A stretch of 64,000 bases of DNA, from the NCBI GenBank assembly GCA_001600815.1, contig BCKZ01000005.1, forward strand, positions 557,727-621,726, in the 5' to 3' direction. This DNA comes from Alloascoidea hylecoeti. Taxonomy: Eukaryota. Every line of letters begins with the position of its first letter. The stretch's first letter is position 1. The translations under genes and the position numbers were made by a program. This document shows, piece after piece, positions 47,194-58,908 of this stretch. Below the pieces are notes generated by a model. It was not told where the DNA came from and made no database searches. It saw nothing but the letters and a program-made list of their open reading frames with translations.

Positions 47194-47733
47194 TTAGTTA
47201 ATAACAACAGGATTTGTATTACTACTTTGCATTTGTGATTTTTCAATATTATGAACTCCTGATTCAATATCTCTAGAGCGCTTCTTTTCTTTGATTCGGT
47301 AGAAGGAATAGGCAAAGGAGACCAAATAGAAGAGACATAATACAAATAAGAACACTGCACAAACTATAGCACCACCACAAGAAGAATTACCATGACCAGC
47401 TCCACATTTATGGGCCCTTATGGATAAAAGAAGAGCACCAATAAAGATGAGTATAATATTGATAACATCAAAAACAATGCTGATTTTTGGATGTGATAGT
47501 TTTGAAGCCATATAACCAAGGAATTCATAAACAGGTCCAACTACTATCGAAAATATAGAGACGAAAATTACCCACCCTTTTCTTCCACCACCTATCCCAG
47601 TACTGCCTGTATTAATACCCAAGGCCAAAATTAAAGCAACAATTGAGAAGGCAAGTTCCAAAATTCGGAAAAGTAAATCAAGGACAATAATATCATTTCC
47701 GAAAAGACGGATTTTTCCTGAAAAACAACCCAT
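47194..47733 (-). CDS. MARVEL-domain-like four-TM membrane protein
   Basis: LLFRILELAFSIVALIL first helix, four hydrophobic segments, and a Cys pair in the loop before TM4. Confidence 0.7.
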   Translation of the reverse strand: MGCFSGKIRLFGNDIIVLDLLFRILELAFSIVALILALGINTGSTGIGGGRKGWVIFVSIFSIVVGPVYEFLGYMASKLSHPKISIVFDVINIILIFIGALLLSIRAHKCGAGHGNSSCGGAIVCAVFLFVLCLFYLVSFAYSFYRIKEKKRSRDIESGVHNIEKSQMQSSNTNPVVIN

Positions 47734-49401
47734 ATTGCAAATGAAGATTGATTATAATAAAACTTTGAATTTAAATTTAAATTTGTTAAAGTTAACAATG
47801 TCAACTATTAATGATTATAAAAATAAAAGTTAAAGAAATGATATAACTTATATAAAAATCTGCTTTTTCAAGTTTAATATTTTGTTTATGATTTTGATAT
47901 AAAATATTATGATCCAATATTGAAATAATTATAACAGGATATATTCTCTTAATGATTGTTTAAGTAAGCTTTAACTAAATGATAAACAATTTTTATTAGA
48001 TCATTCAAACATATTCAGAGTTGTCTTGAGCATAGGCTTGAGATAGTGGTGTGAATAGTATTATTCGTTTTATGATAACATGATCTGAATCATATAATGG
48101 AGATCTTTAATATATTTAAAAATATATAAACAACTTCTAAAGGTTTCTGTACTATCGATCTGATAATATAGGTTTAAGCCTAATATCAAGATAATGCTAG
48201 CTATAGAACATTATATTTAAACTTAAAGAGTCAATAAAGTGTAACTTTAAAATAGCTATAGGTGGTTTGTGTTCGCTTTAATTAGATCGATGTTGATCAT
48301 ATAAACCGTGTAGCCGTTTCCATTTGAGATGCAGGGCAGTATTAAACATTAATAGTTGAATATATTTTAATTATAGATGGCGAGGCTGTGCTAATCTTAA
48401 GTTTGACGTTATCGCTCAATTATAACTTTCAACCATATAATAAAATCATCACCCTTCAGCTAAGCTTATAAAACCATGAGACATTAAGTCCCTTGGTCAT
48501 GTTTACCCCAATCACCTAATAAAAATAAGCTATAAGATCTTACTTTATTTTCTTTTGTAATATATATTTATTCCTGGGCTGAGTAGTTGAATGTGAAGCA
48601 ATCAAACGATCAAATTATTTCAAAATGATCATCTCTCTTTTAAGAGCTCTAGAGTTCTAGAAGACGAAACTTATCAGGTTGAATTGACATTAGTACAAAA
48701 TAAAACTCATAAGCCACAATCAATTTTATTATCAAATTTTGTAACTTTAACAAAAAAACGTGTATTAAAGGAAAAAGTTATAACCTTATGGGATTTGATA
48801 ATGTTATGCTAACGTTTAGATTAGCAAACTGCACTGGGAAAATTTTGTGGCGAATTAGGTTAACCACGCGAAGGATTTCTGTCTCACATCTCGATTTTGT
48901 TCTGTTCTAAACGAATATTTTAGTGAATGAAATATTAATCGTAGGTTTAAAATAATGCTTTTCAGTCACAAATTAAAACGTCGACTGTATCTTTGAGTCA
49001 TATTTAATGGCATCACTGTATAACGATAACTTCATATTGATTGTTTAAATGCCGTAATATTGACAGAAAGATACATGTACACTATGACATACAGCTTATA
49101 AAATTATCAAGAAACCGAACCAGAGAAATTTTTATAAGAGCAATATAATAAACAGCATTAATTAGATTATTTAACCCTAGGCAACTCAAAAAATACAGAC
49201 CATTCGAAATCAATTCATTATAAACATATTTATTAATATGTACCGTACACGCGTAGGTGTCAATTTTTTACTTGTAAATTACTAAAAAATGAAACAAATT
49301 AGTTAAGTTTCCCTTTTTAGACTTATGAATTCAAATTCCTTTATTCACTTTTAAATATAAATTGTTATAAGTATTAAGACTTAGATTGATTAATAGTGCT
49401 A

Positions 49402-51081
49402 TCACTTATTAAGTCTCTCGATATTCCTTCCTAAGAAAATATCAGATATATTATTCAGGTTTTTAATATCAAATAACTCATTAAAATTTTGATTATTAAA
49501 ATCGAACCAAGTTTCTTCTTGTTTAAGCTCTGGAATAATAGGTTTATACATTATTGGATCAGTATCTAAAGTTGCATCTCTTGGTTTTGGAACATTAATT
49601 TTCCCATTAACAACATATGGATTTCTCCTTAAAATATCTTCATTTTTTAAATCAGTTGATAAGAAATTAATTTTTAAAAAATTTGCTCTTTCTTCAATTG
49701 TTTTTTTATAAACAATATTTGATCTCCATAATGGATCTAATTTTAATTGTTTAGATGCTTTTTCATAACAAGAATATGCATCTTCAAATTGATGAGCTGC
49801 ATCTTCATATAAAAGACCAATATTATACCAAGTTAACCATGATTTTTCCAATGATTTTTTTAATGCTAAAGTATATGATTTTAAAGCATCTTCATAGTTA
49901 CGTAATCTGAAATGTGTAACACCAATGGAACATATCATTCTTGCTAATTCTAATTGAAATGATTTTCCATTATCTTTTCTTGTTGATGCAATTTCTAAAC
50001 ATTTATTAAAACATTTTAATGATAAATCTAATTCANCTCTTTCCTTTTCAGATATTCCTAAAATATACCATATTTTATAATTATTTAAACTTTCTTTTTG
50101 ATCAATAGCAGATTTTGCATATTCTATTGTTTTATCAAAATTTGTAAAACCAGTTCCAGGTATATGATAAATCCAAGCACATATACATTTACCAAAAAAA
50201 TTATTTGAATCTTCTTTAAGACTTCTTTCATACATTTGTTTAGAAGATTTATAATTTCTCATATGTTCATATAAATTTCCAATTTTAAGACATATATCAC
50301 TTTTATTTAAATTAAAAGGTATTGATGAATCAACTCGAAGTAAAGTACTATATTCTATTATTGCTTGAGAATAATTTCTATCTTGTTCAAGAATTGTTGC
50401 TAATCTGAAATTGATTTCTGATATTTGGTTTCCNACTAGTTTTGTTTTTGGTAATCTTGATAGTACTGTTAAACATTCATTGAATAAAGAAACTAGTAAT
50501 TCATTATTTCCTGTTCCTAATAAAGCAAGAGCATATCCATATAGTAAACAGGCTTTGAACTGATAATCCAATCTTTGATTCTCATTGATCTTTATGGAAT
50601 CAATATCTTCATCATCAGAGCTCGAGGTTTGGCTTTTTGGAGATTTTTTATTATTATTGTTAACATTGATTCTTAGATCAGGTTGTGTCTCCATAGCAAG
50701 TTCATAAAGATTCCTTGCGCCTTCATANTTTTTTGACATTAACATGATATGAGCTAAAATCACATAAANCCAGCCATATTTTATCTTTTCTTTCATTAAT
50801 ATATTTTGATTTTCTTGTATTTTAAGAACATAATTGTATAATTTTAAAGCACCAGTAAGATCATTTTTAAATCTCCAGTATAGATGAGCTAATCTTATAG
50901 TTGATATTATATTTGAAGNATCATATTCTAATGATTTTTCATAGGCATAAATAGAAATATCCAATCTATTATTTAATTGACCAATAGAAGCAATCTTATC
51001 CCATATCTCAACTTTTAAAAGAGTATNACCATCTATAACTGGTAGGAACTGGGGATATTCAGGAACTTGATTTCTTTCCAT
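49402..51081 (-). CDS. TPR protein, divergent Cyc8/Ssn6 paralog
   Basis: About 10 TPRs collinear with Cyc8: EIWDKIASI..AYEKSL, EINFRLATI, DICLKIGNLYE, IWYILG, CSIGV..F..NYEDALKSYT, WYNIGLLYE...QFEDAYSCYEKA. Six N bases lie inside the ORF. Confidence 0.75.
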   Translation of the reverse strand: MERNQVPEYPQFLPVIDGXTLLKVEIWDKIASIGQLNNRLDISIYAYEKSLEYDXSNIISTIRLAHLYWRFKNDLTGALKLYNYVLKIQENQNILMKEKIKYGWXYVILAHIMLMSKXYEGARNLYELAMETQPDLRINVNNNNKKSPKSQTSSSDDEDIDSIKINENQRLDYQFKACLLYGYALALLGTGNNELLVSLFNECLTVLSRLPKTKLXGNQISEINFRLATILEQDRNYSQAIIEYSTLLRVDSSIPFNLNKSDICLKIGNLYEHMRNYKSSKQMYERSLKEDSNNFFGKCICAWIYHIPGTGFTNFDKTIEYAKSAIDQKESLNNYKIWYILGISEKERXELDLSLKCFNKCLEIASTRKDNGKSFQLELARMICSIGVTHFRLRNYEDALKSYTLALKKSLEKSWLTWYNIGLLYEDAAHQFEDAYSCYEKASKQLKLDPLWRSNIVYKKTIEERANFLKINFLSTDLKNEDILRRNPYVVNGKINVPKPRDATLDTDPIMYKPIIPELKQEETWFDFNNQNFNELFDIKNLNNISDIFLGRNIERLNK

Positions 51082-51446
51082 GGAACAAAGCAGTATATGG
51101 CAAGATGAATTTTACTGAAATAAATAAAGAAGGTTGGAGAAATGAATCATATATTCAAATAAGGAGATAATGGAAAGATGAAGACTTTTTAAATTTATAA
51201 GTTTCGTAAGGGACGAGGATTGCAATTTGTGCATTCAACCAAACAGCTGACCTTTTGTTTATTTAAGTTTGTGCATTACGGAAAAAATATATATACCAAA
51301 TTTAAAATTTAAAAGATACTTAAAAATCTAAATAAAATCCAAATAAAATAAAAGAAAGTAATCAAATATTTATAAAAAGTTATATAACTAATTGCTAAAT
51401 GTACTTTTTAAATAAATAAATATCTATGCTATGCAAACAATCAAAC

Positions 51447-51480
51447 GAAAAAAAAAAAAAAAAAAAAAAAAATTAAAAAA

Positions 51481-51518
<38 letters not shown>

Positions 51519-51543
51519 AAAAACCAACAAAAAAAAAAAAAAA
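51447..51543. repeat. Compound poly(dA:dT) tracts
   Basis: Three long A-runs separated by short interruptions. Confidence 0.9.
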
Positions 51544-51624
51544 TATAATAAGTAAACTTTTATTCTAATATAATGCAATTTGATAAATTCTTTCAATCTT
51601 TATAACCATAAACAAATTTTCTTT

Positions 51625-52896
51625 TCATGTAAAACTTGGACATGTATCAATTTCAATTCTATAATTTTTAACACTATTACTATTAACATTAATTAATTCT
51701 TCCATAAAACTATTTGCAGAAATTGATGAACTTCCATTATGTTTCCCCAATGTAATGTGAGTTTTTGCATGNCTTATTGATTCTAAATCTCCATAANTAT
51801 TGTTACTATAGATACTATCACTATGATGATGTTTAAGGGAAACCGGTAAGGATAAGTAATTATAATCAATGTGTGGNATATTTGATGTTGTCTGAACACC
51901 ATTATCATTTGTTGTTTCAGTTTNAATTGCTGATTCAATAGGATACATTGCAGGATCTTTATTATATTTATTAGATGATATGTGAGAATAACTACCTCCG
52001 TATGTATTTCTTCTCGATACTGATGGAGTATCTTTATCTTTATTGACTATTAAAGAAACAGCTCTTCTAGATCTTATTGATTCATTTAAATCAGTTGATT
52101 GTCTTGGGGGTGGTGTTTGTATATTCATTATCATACCTCTTGTAACAACTGTCATTTCATCTTTTTGTTTTAATTTTGAAATTATATGAGATGGATTTAT
52201 GATTTTTCCAACAGATTGAAATCCTCCTGCTATTTGTGATAACGATGGTGAGTTAGGTACTGAGATAATTGAGGCACGTAAAGCATTAGGATTTTCATGA
52301 GAATTAGAAGATGAATGAGTTCTTTTTCTTGAAGGGGATGCTACTGACAACTGAGAGCCATTACTATTTATTCTGTCATTTGATTGATATGTATAATTGT
52401 TATAGTCTTGAAGAAGTTGAGGTGACATTGGAGTTCCAGTACTTTTTCTATAGTTATTGTTATAATCCGAGCTTCCGACGACATTTATAGAATTTCTAGG
52501 ATCTTGTTCTGTAGCTGGCGGTAATGAATGCCTATGAACAAGATCATGGTTATGATGATTATGATGATGATTATTGTGATGATGACGGTGCTGATTACTA
52601 TCATGATGTTTTGGCTCCTTTGGAGTTAATTGTTCAACTTTTGGAGGATTTCTATTTTTTCGTCTTAGTGACACAGACAATCGTTTTGGATTAGGTTTAG
52701 ACGGTTGTTCAACAGGTTCAATATTCATTCTTTTATCTGGAGATAGTAATTCACCAGTATGGATATCAAAATCTAGTTCATTGATACTTCTAGTCTTAAC
52801 ATTTTTATGTCTTTTCGAATTGATGAAATCTTTTTTTTTCTGTTTGTTTCTATCATGGCATCCCCTTATATAAGAGAGCATTCTTGTAAACGACAT
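51625..52896 (-). CDS. Hypothetical disordered Ser/Asn/His-rich protein
   Basis: 423-codon ATG ORF with a His cluster and many SP/TP and RRxS/T motifs. No family recognised. Four N bases inside. Confidence 0.65.
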   Translation of the reverse strand: MSFTRMLSYIRGCHDRNKQKKKDFINSKRHKNVKTRSINELDFDIHTGELLSPDKRMNIEPVEQPSKPNPKRLSVSLRRKNRNPPKVEQLTPKEPKHHDSNQHRHHHNNHHHNHHNHDLVHRHSLPPATEQDPRNSINVVGSSDYNNNYRKSTGTPMSPQLLQDYNNYTYQSNDRINSNGSQLSVASPSRKRTHSSSNSHENPNALRASIISVPNSPSLSQIAGGFQSVGKIINPSHIISKLKQKDEMTVVTRGMIMNIQTPPPRQSTDLNESIRSRRAVSLIVNKDKDTPSVSRRNTYGGSYSHISSNKYNKDPAMYPIESAIXTETTNDNGVQTTSNXPHIDYNYLSLPVSLKHHHSDSIYSNNXYGDLESIXHAKTHITLGKHNGSSSISANSFMEELINVNSNSVKNYRIEIDTCPSFT

Positions 52897-55773
52897 GGTC
52901 AGTGTTAGGGTTTAAAAGAAGAATGAATAATATAAGCTAGAGATTCTTAGACAGGCTTGCTTAACACGTTTTTATGAAAAAACCTATTGGTGATTAATTA
53001 TAATGAGCAGAGCCACAATCTTGAACAATATAGGGAAAATCAAAGAACTGCCACTATAATTAGTCAAAATAACAGGACAACAAAAAAAAAAAAAACTAGC
53101 GAGGGCAAATTATTATATATGGGGGGCCCTGAAGACACCGATAGATCCAATATTAAAATTATATGTGTAACTGAATTATTTCACTGTTTTAGAACACTTT
53201 CGTGACACTGTTAATATTATTTATCTTTAACTTAAAAAGAGCTCTACCGTTTACAAGTATATCATCAATCAATATTTTCATTATTTCTTTGTTTTTTTAA
53301 GATCACACTATGTTTATCATATGTCTTTCATATTCTTCATGATCCTGTCTGTTCCGCGCCTTGAAAAATTATACTGCAAATAAGAATTTATATATAGTAT
53401 TGGAAGTAAGAAGCATCTGCAACGCGCCCTCGGTTCGGTATAGTCGTGTTCCCGCTCCTGGATCCTGATCTTCCATCCTAGACTCCTAATAATTATGAGC
53501 ATAGAACAAAACAACGGCGATAATACCGCTCCCGTTGCGGTGATTATTAATTTATAATTTTTTGCTTAAAAAGTGCTTGTTCTCTGCTCGGGACTATCGA
53601 GCCTTTTCTTACCGAAATCCTTAACTACTAACATTCCAGCACAAAAAACACAAAAAATACAATAAATACAACATTTTGATTAGTTCATAATTATAAAAAT
53701 ACCACTCATCATGTTCATATTATTATTTATCAAACCATAAACATATAATGATTACACTAAAAAATAAAATCATTGATATATTTTGTTATGTAATCATTAT
53801 ATGGGGCACGTGACCACGCTTGGATCATAGCGGTTATCGTTAATTAATTATAACAGCTCATTGCATATGAAGCTACTTCTCTTGACTTCTCTTGCAGTCG
53901 AGGAGCCAGCCGTGAATGGAGCTCTTCGCGGCTTGCAATTGGGAATTTATCCTCAACCGCCTCGAACTCCATGTATAATGTCTGGGTCTGTAGTCACAAT
54001 TAAATGAGGTCCGGAAGATGAAGCTGTAGCTACAGTGCCTTCCCGAGCTAGTTGCTCATTTGTTATCGTAATTGAAACAATGAATATTAATATTGATATT
54101 ATTGATCTACCAGCTATAACTAAGCTTACGCTAATTTAAACGAAAATCTTTTGTCTTTATACGATTGCTCATTCGCAAATGTGATCGTAATTGTTTTATA
54201 AAATATAATAACCTTTTTCTCCAAATTAATTAAGTTTAAGGGCTTTCTCTATTAATTACTTAAAACGTCAAAGTATATATTATAATTCACAGCCGTATCA
54301 TATTTTGTAGTTTATTTGTTTTCATACTACTATGGTACCATCACATTAATGTTGCAATTGCAATCATTGCAATTGATTATAGATCAGGTGAATCCAATGC
54401 TATAATCATTCCATTTAATTTTGGCCATGTGATGGAAACAAATAATCGACCTTGTGATGAATGAATATTCAGTCAATAAGTGGCCAATTATTGCATCCAC
54501 CACATGGCCTAAACTAAGTGTAATGACCATAATATTCACTTTGTGATTCAATTTCAATTTTCAACTATATATTTTAATTTGTCAACCCTTTTATTTAACA
54601 GTAAGATCTAGCCTAGTCATTAATCATATATGCGCATCTCACTCAACTCATATAGACTCATATTATAACCCATCATGGCCATTGGCCGCGGATTCACGGA
54701 ATCTTCATACAAGTTTAAGCTTGATCATGACTGTAACTTGCAGCTTAAGTTGTAAGTGATTTCAAATTCCATCGGATTTAGATCAGCCCTATTCCCCGTA
54801 GCCACGGGTATGGGTGGTATTTAGTGCCGTACCATATAAGATACATTATGGGTATATTATCGTAATAGATATATTAATAATTACATTTCTATCAATATTA
54901 ATCTTAATTCGAAAAATACAAATTCCCTTCAAACTTGATTTCTAGGTCTAAATTCAGTCGATTGGAAATTAAAATTGATATACGATATCTATTATCTCCG
55001 AATCCGATTAAAGCTATTTAATTATAAGAGCTAGATACTTCTATAAATTTGACATACACCTATTTCTTTAAAATTTCCTTTCCTTGAATGATGTCTGAAG
55101 CAAGACAAATAACTACAAATTAAATTAAAAAAAGACATTAACTACGTAACACTTAACAATATTATAACCCCTATACAGCCCGTTTTTAATTCCGGGAGTC
55201 TTCTCTAGCTACTAGTTAGGGTTTAAATATTTATGAAGTGCGGTTAGATAGAACAATTGCAGTATGATCTTCAAAATATTATCACGACTTCTAGAATTTG
55301 ATAAATGTCTAAGACTAAAAAGATTGATGGTGATATCACAGATGACCTGATTGAATTTCAAGGCAGGGTTCGTGACTCCAATAAGGGATCAGAAATTAAA
55401 ACGTAGGGTCTTACAACAATCGATAGTGGTTGCATCATTTCGCTATGGAAATAAATATATTCGCGCGCCAGCAGGGAGCTTAATGGACGCTTGGCTGTAT
55501 ACATTAAACGACAAAGGTTCAGGGTTCGAGCGTATGTGATCGGGCCGCATGGGAGACCCGAGAAACCCGAAAACATTCTTTTGGCACATCATTCAATTTT
55601 ATTTTCTGGGACGCACGTGCCGATTGGCAGCAGGGGTTTAAGGATTCAAAGGTATAAAGCATTATTAAACCCGGTCTTTCCATCTTTCCTTTCTCTTTCT
55701 TTTACACAAACCAACTAGTCAACCAACAAGTTAAGAAGTTATATAGTTTTATCCCGTATTTTGCTTCTTCACC

Positions 55774-57237
55774 ATGAGGACGCTATGGCTATTTCTTTTC
55801 TTAGTGCTTCCGTCTCATGGTATGCCCATCTTAACACTATTAGAAAAGTTATATTTTCAACCAAAAAACAATGATATGTTTCAACAAAAGGATTTTTATG
55901 ATGAATCCGGTGATTATTCAAAACGGTTAAAATCAAATGTTCGACTAAATTTTGAAAAATTTCAACAAGAAATGATTGAACAGAATAACTTAGATCAAAC
56001 ATTTAATACCAATGGAATCAACAAATTTAAAACACCAACATCTTCTTTTAAACCATTAAAGAATTTACCACCATTAATACAATTCCCTTCACAATCCGAA
56101 AAAACTTTAAAACCGGGTGAAATCCCAGATTATGTAATTAAATCAGCTCCCGTGGTTCATTTATATTCTGAAGAACGTTATTTACCTTATGACGTTGCTG
56201 ATTATGTGTCAAACTTTCATTTAACTTATTTTAATGACACAAATGTTACAATCTTAGATGAAATTACTGGTTTAACAAAAGATAAATTAAGTATAAATGA
56301 CCTATCCAAATTTCCAAATGAAAAAGATTTATATCTTACCGCCAATTCAGATTTCAATGCAGACCCTGATTGGATTACAGGAAAACTTAATAAACCAAGG
56401 ATCACTGATGGTTTCATAGAAAATGCTCCAGCAACACTTTTAGTTGTCGATAAAGGAAATGGTTGGGTTGATTCATATTGGTTTTATTTTTATTCTTTTA
56501 ATTTAGGTCCTTTTGTTATGGGTGGTGGACCATATGGTAATCATGTAGGTGATTGGGAACATTCTTTAGTTCGTTTTTATAATGGTGTTCCACAATTTTT
56601 ATGGATGTCTGCTCATGGTGGCGGTGGTGGTTATTTTTATAAAGGTTTAGAAACTTACACTATTGATAATCAATCAAGACCTGTTACTTTTAGTGCCCGT
56701 GGCACTCATGCCAATTATGCAAGTGTTGGACAACATTCTCATGATATTCCTTATGCTATGTTATCTGATTTTACTGATAGAGGTGCTCTATGGGATGTTA
56801 CCAAAAATTATTTGGCTTACACTTATGATGGTGTCAATATTTCTTATGGTAAAGGATCTGTTCCTGGTAGAGAAGAAAAATACGGAGATTGGTTACATTT
56901 TATGGGACATTGGGGTGATAAGAAACTACCAAATAGTGATCCAAGACAGAAATTTCATCCATTTGAATGGAGATATATTGATGGACCTACTGGACCTTTA
57001 GATAAAAACTTGAATCGTCTCCCACTTTGTCAAAGAACAAAATGGTGGAACTTTTGGGGTGGTTGTAGAGTTAGAAAAACTGTTTTACAAGGTGAAGGAA
57101 TTGAAGGTGAAGGATTTGGTAATGGTGGTTGTAGTATCGTTATTGCAAAAATTAGACCCTTGTTTTTACAAGTTATTATTGAATATTTGACAAGAGGTGG
57201 TATTGGCTGTTTTATTGTTGATAGAATATGGGGTTAA
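55774..57237 (+). CDS. VPS62: Vps62/Tda6-family protein
   Basis: Signal peptide, IPDYVIKSAPVVHLYSEERYLPYD, YWFYFYSFNLGPFV, GNHVGDWEH, WMSAHGGG, FSARGTHANY and IDGPTGP. Confidence 0.92.
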   Translation: MRTLWLFLFLVLPSHGMPILTLLEKLYFQPKNNDMFQQKDFYDESGDYSKRLKSNVRLNFEKFQQEMIEQNNLDQTFNTNGINKFKTPTSSFKPLKNLPPLIQFPSQSEKTLKPGEIPDYVIKSAPVVHLYSEERYLPYDVADYVSNFHLTYFNDTNVTILDEITGLTKDKLSINDLSKFPNEKDLYLTANSDFNADPDWITGKLNKPRITDGFIENAPATLLVVDKGNGWVDSYWFYFYSFNLGPFVMGGGPYGNHVGDWEHSLVRFYNGVPQFLWMSAHGGGGGYFYKGLETYTIDNQSRPVTFSARGTHANYASVGQHSHDIPYAMLSDFTDRGALWDVTKNYLAYTYDGVNISYGKGSVPGREEKYGDWLHFMGHWGDKKLPNSDPRQKFHPFEWRYIDGPTGPLDKNLNRLPLCQRTKWWNFWGGCRVRKTVLQGEGIEGEGFGNGGCSIVIAKIRPLFLQVIIEYLTRGGIGCFIVDRIWG

Positions 57238-58908
57238 TATTCGCATATTTCTTTCATTATATAAGTACCTTTTTTGGTACTCTGTTAATGATGTCTTAAT
57301 GATCATGAATTTTATGAAATCGAAATTTGGTATGGGGCTTTTGTTTTTGTTGTTTAATATTTAATATGCTTGTTCAATTTTTATTCTCTTTTGATTTTTT
57401 ATACATACACACTTAACAACGTTTTTTGACCTTTTTTTCCTCACTAATTTTGTGATTTTTTATATGGACAAAAGAAACATATTTATATTTTACAGCAAAT
57501 GATTTTAAATTTCTTTGTTATTCATTTTTATTGTGTCTTTGTTGAGTTTTTTTTGTTCCCTTTCACTATTTAAATTTATTATATTAATAATTATACACCA
57601 AGATATAATATAGATAGGTCTTATAGCTAAAAGTTTACTGATATTCTTTCAACTGATAATATAGACGTAAGTTATATTTGGTATTTGGCATGTAAATATT
57701 ATAGTGTTATCTCCTTTCCTTTTGTTTTTCTTCTTTGTTCAGATGTAACATGCAATATAAAAGGAAAAGTAGTTAGAGTTGACAGCCCTCCATATTATAT
57801 CTTTTCGTTGATTAAGGCGATATCTAACCTTTTAAATGTTTTTTTAATAAATTTTTATTAATGATTATTTCCTTATGAACATTTAAAACTTAAATATACA
57901 CCTTTTTTTATATATAAAAGGAAACGATGAAACACTAAAATTGAAGAATTAGTTAACAAATTTATAATTTTATAAATTGAGTTATATTAATAGTCTTCAA
58001 TGAATTTAAATTCATATGAATTCTGAAATATAAATTCGTATACAAATCTATTAGTGAAACTTGTTCATATGCTATAGCTATGATATATATATTTTGTTTA
58101 CGATTACAATTAGATTCACTTTCATCTCTAATTTCCCATCCATAATATATATATGATGTATGAATCATAAGTGTTTGATGGTAGATGAACTAAATAATGA
58201 ATTCTATTGGAAAATAAATTCGTTTCTTTTTTGATTATTTCCCTTTATGTTTCGGCATATACATTCTTGGTGATTCACAATCGCGATAATACATAAAATC
58301 TTATAAATCTTTCAAATTTCTAACCGATTTAACACTTACCATTCATGTCTATATCTATCCTCATGATAAAAAAATGGAACATAGTGAAAGATTGGTAATT
58401 AATTCAAAAGTCACCAAATTTACACATGTAGAAGATTTGTGACTCCACCATTTTAAAGGACACAAATTCCTTGAAGGTTTTTTCTCTGGCCTGAAATTTG
58501 TGCGTTATGCTTTTCTTCATTCCTCAACTAAATCATGCTAACATTTTTCTTTGAGTTTAAGCTCTCACACATATTCATATTACGGAGATGATGAGTGTGT
58601 CAAAATATTTTACTACAGTAGGCAAATGATTAGCATAATGATGAATAACAATTATTAAAGATACTGGAAACGAGAATTGATTATACGCTAAAAAATAAGT
58701 TACCGTGAGGTCATTTGTATATGCCATTAATGTTTATAGTTATCGTTCATTAAAAGAATCGAAACAATTGGCGCGTAAGTTACGAACGACACAGAAGATA
58801 GTGTTGTTAATATTCTAACAGACCTAATTATAAGAAGGCATAAATAGCAAATCGTCAATTCAAGAAATCCATTATTTTACTTATATAATTATAATATAAG
58901 ATAAGAAT

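Noticed and set aside
55351..55718. Three overlapping short ORFs upstream of VPS62
   Set aside because: GC-richer promoter DNA with non-ATG starts and no protein features.
57960..58800. Peptide-like fragments downstream of DIT1
   Set aside because: Interrupted by stops with no recognisable family.
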